Part shown: positions 62,831 through 64,000 of the stretch, in pieces
Numbering within the stretch: the first letter of the stretch is position 1
Layout of the letters: each line of letters begins with the position of its first letter
Source: Ophelia neglecta
Taxonomy: Eukaryota
Assembly (NCBI GenBank): GCA_965285935.1
Contig: OZ260663.1
Span: 66,898,001 to 66,962,000, forward strand
Length of the DNA stretch: 64,000 bases
Direction of reading: 5' to 3'
Position numbers and translations under genes: made by a program
Notes under the pieces: model-generated
What the model saw: only the letters and a program-made list of their open reading frames with translations
Databases searched by the model: none
What the model was told of the DNA's origin: nothing

Positions 62831-64000
62831 TTCAGAATGCAGTGATGTATGAGTAAAAATCACTGCCCATGAGTACGCAGGGCTTTAAAATGTAACCAAG
62901 CGAGCCTTTTACTCGGAATAATTTCTCTCAGATCAAAAGTATTTTAATATCCTTAATCGGATATCGTAGATCATCCCTGGTAACACAAAGGCGGGAGAAG
63001 TCATTGTCTAATCAGGCGACCAAATGACACTCACTGATATGAGAATATTCGTGAGAGGAGCATGCCTAAAACCATATGTCTTCTGAAAAAGTTGATATAA
63101 TGGCACTTGAGGGTTTCATTTTTCAAGACAATGAATCAGACTTCAACCCTTATCTTTTAACGCCACTGGCACCTTCCTGGTATGTCAACCATTTCTGATT
63201 AATTTTTCGATCAATGGGTTAAATACAGAAGAGAAAATCATGTGTGGAAATTATAGCATCTTTTGTTTTGTCTGTTTAATTTCCAGCGTTGATTTGGTCG
63301 TCAAATTTAATAAAAACACAATCGGAAGCCTGCGGTTAGATGAAATCGAATTCCCCGAGTTGGACTTGCCCTTTCTCTATTCTTCTTCATTCAAATCAGT
63401 GAATGGGCCTTTTGTGTAGCGACTCTTCCTCCCTGACTCATTTCATAACTTTCTGCAAGGATGAACGCGTATGGGCTTTCCCTATTAAATCTTCCAGATG
63501 GCAGCTCAGAAAGGCGTGAAACTTTATTAAAGTTGCCACTCGTTGCAAAATGCAAGAGCTTGACATTTCTCGGGGTGATTTTTGTTGGTTTCCGGACGAG
63601 CGCTCGGCGCTTGGAGCAGCATGTCTCGGTGTCATGACATGTCGCCGGGTGTTGGACACTGGATGCCAGTGCGGTAGCAGCCTACCGGCATGGTTGTACG
63701 CTCCTTCCCCGACAGCCGCTTACTAATTGAATTAATCATCGCCGTAGAAAATTGAAGGCATGTCATTCAGTTGTCTTCTCCTGGAGATTCATTGCACTTT
63801 GCCGACCTTAACTGTTGATATCCTTTATATCCGTAAAATACGCTTTGATCGGCCAATGTTATCGTTGGCAGCTGCATTGAGTTGCTATTTTCTCTGGAGA
63901 CCTATTTGCTATAACCGAACATTTCTTCCGATGCTTGTTACCAGCTGGGGCTAATATTTGGGTACCGATCCAGTCACATTTTTCAAAGTAGTAATGCCAA

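Noticed and set aside
1-64000. tRNA, rRNA or snRNA genes; the remaining 60-150-aa ORFs
   Set aside because: No recognisable structural RNA, and the other ORFs lack domains and mostly start at non-ATG codons.

Overview
Eukaryotic, AT-rich genomic DNA with spliceosomal introns, most likely from a bilaterian marine invertebrate (the species cannot be determined from the sequence). The only intact protein-coding genes are two paralogous Scratch (Snail superfamily) C2H2 zinc-finger repressors arranged head-to-head: scrt-A, complement(join(10549..11282,13020..13194)), 302 aa, and scrt-B, join(56474..56672,57203..58011), 335 aa. Both have an N-terminal SNAG motif, a Scratch domain, five zinc fingers and the same phase-1 intron. 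The 43 kb between them has no recognisable intact gene. It holds a 96/94-bp tandem array with higher-order structure, a degenerate 30-bp array, several MITEs (one a perfect 81-bp-arm palindrome with an 8-bp TSD) and an orphan promoter-like module. Decayed retroelement fragments lie near the left end of the window. The most unusual signals are: (i) an unexplained dispersed 10-mer, TGTCGTCTGC, with 12 exact copies in unrelated flanks; (ii) patchy synonymous-site identity between the two zinc-finger regions, suggesting gene conversion; (iii) Scratch-type sites (CAACAGGT/CAGGTG) concentrated in and around scrt-A, suggesting autoregulation; (iv) six miR-137 seed matches in about 800 bp of the putative scrt-A 3' UTR. 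All motif counts were made by eye and are minimum counts.
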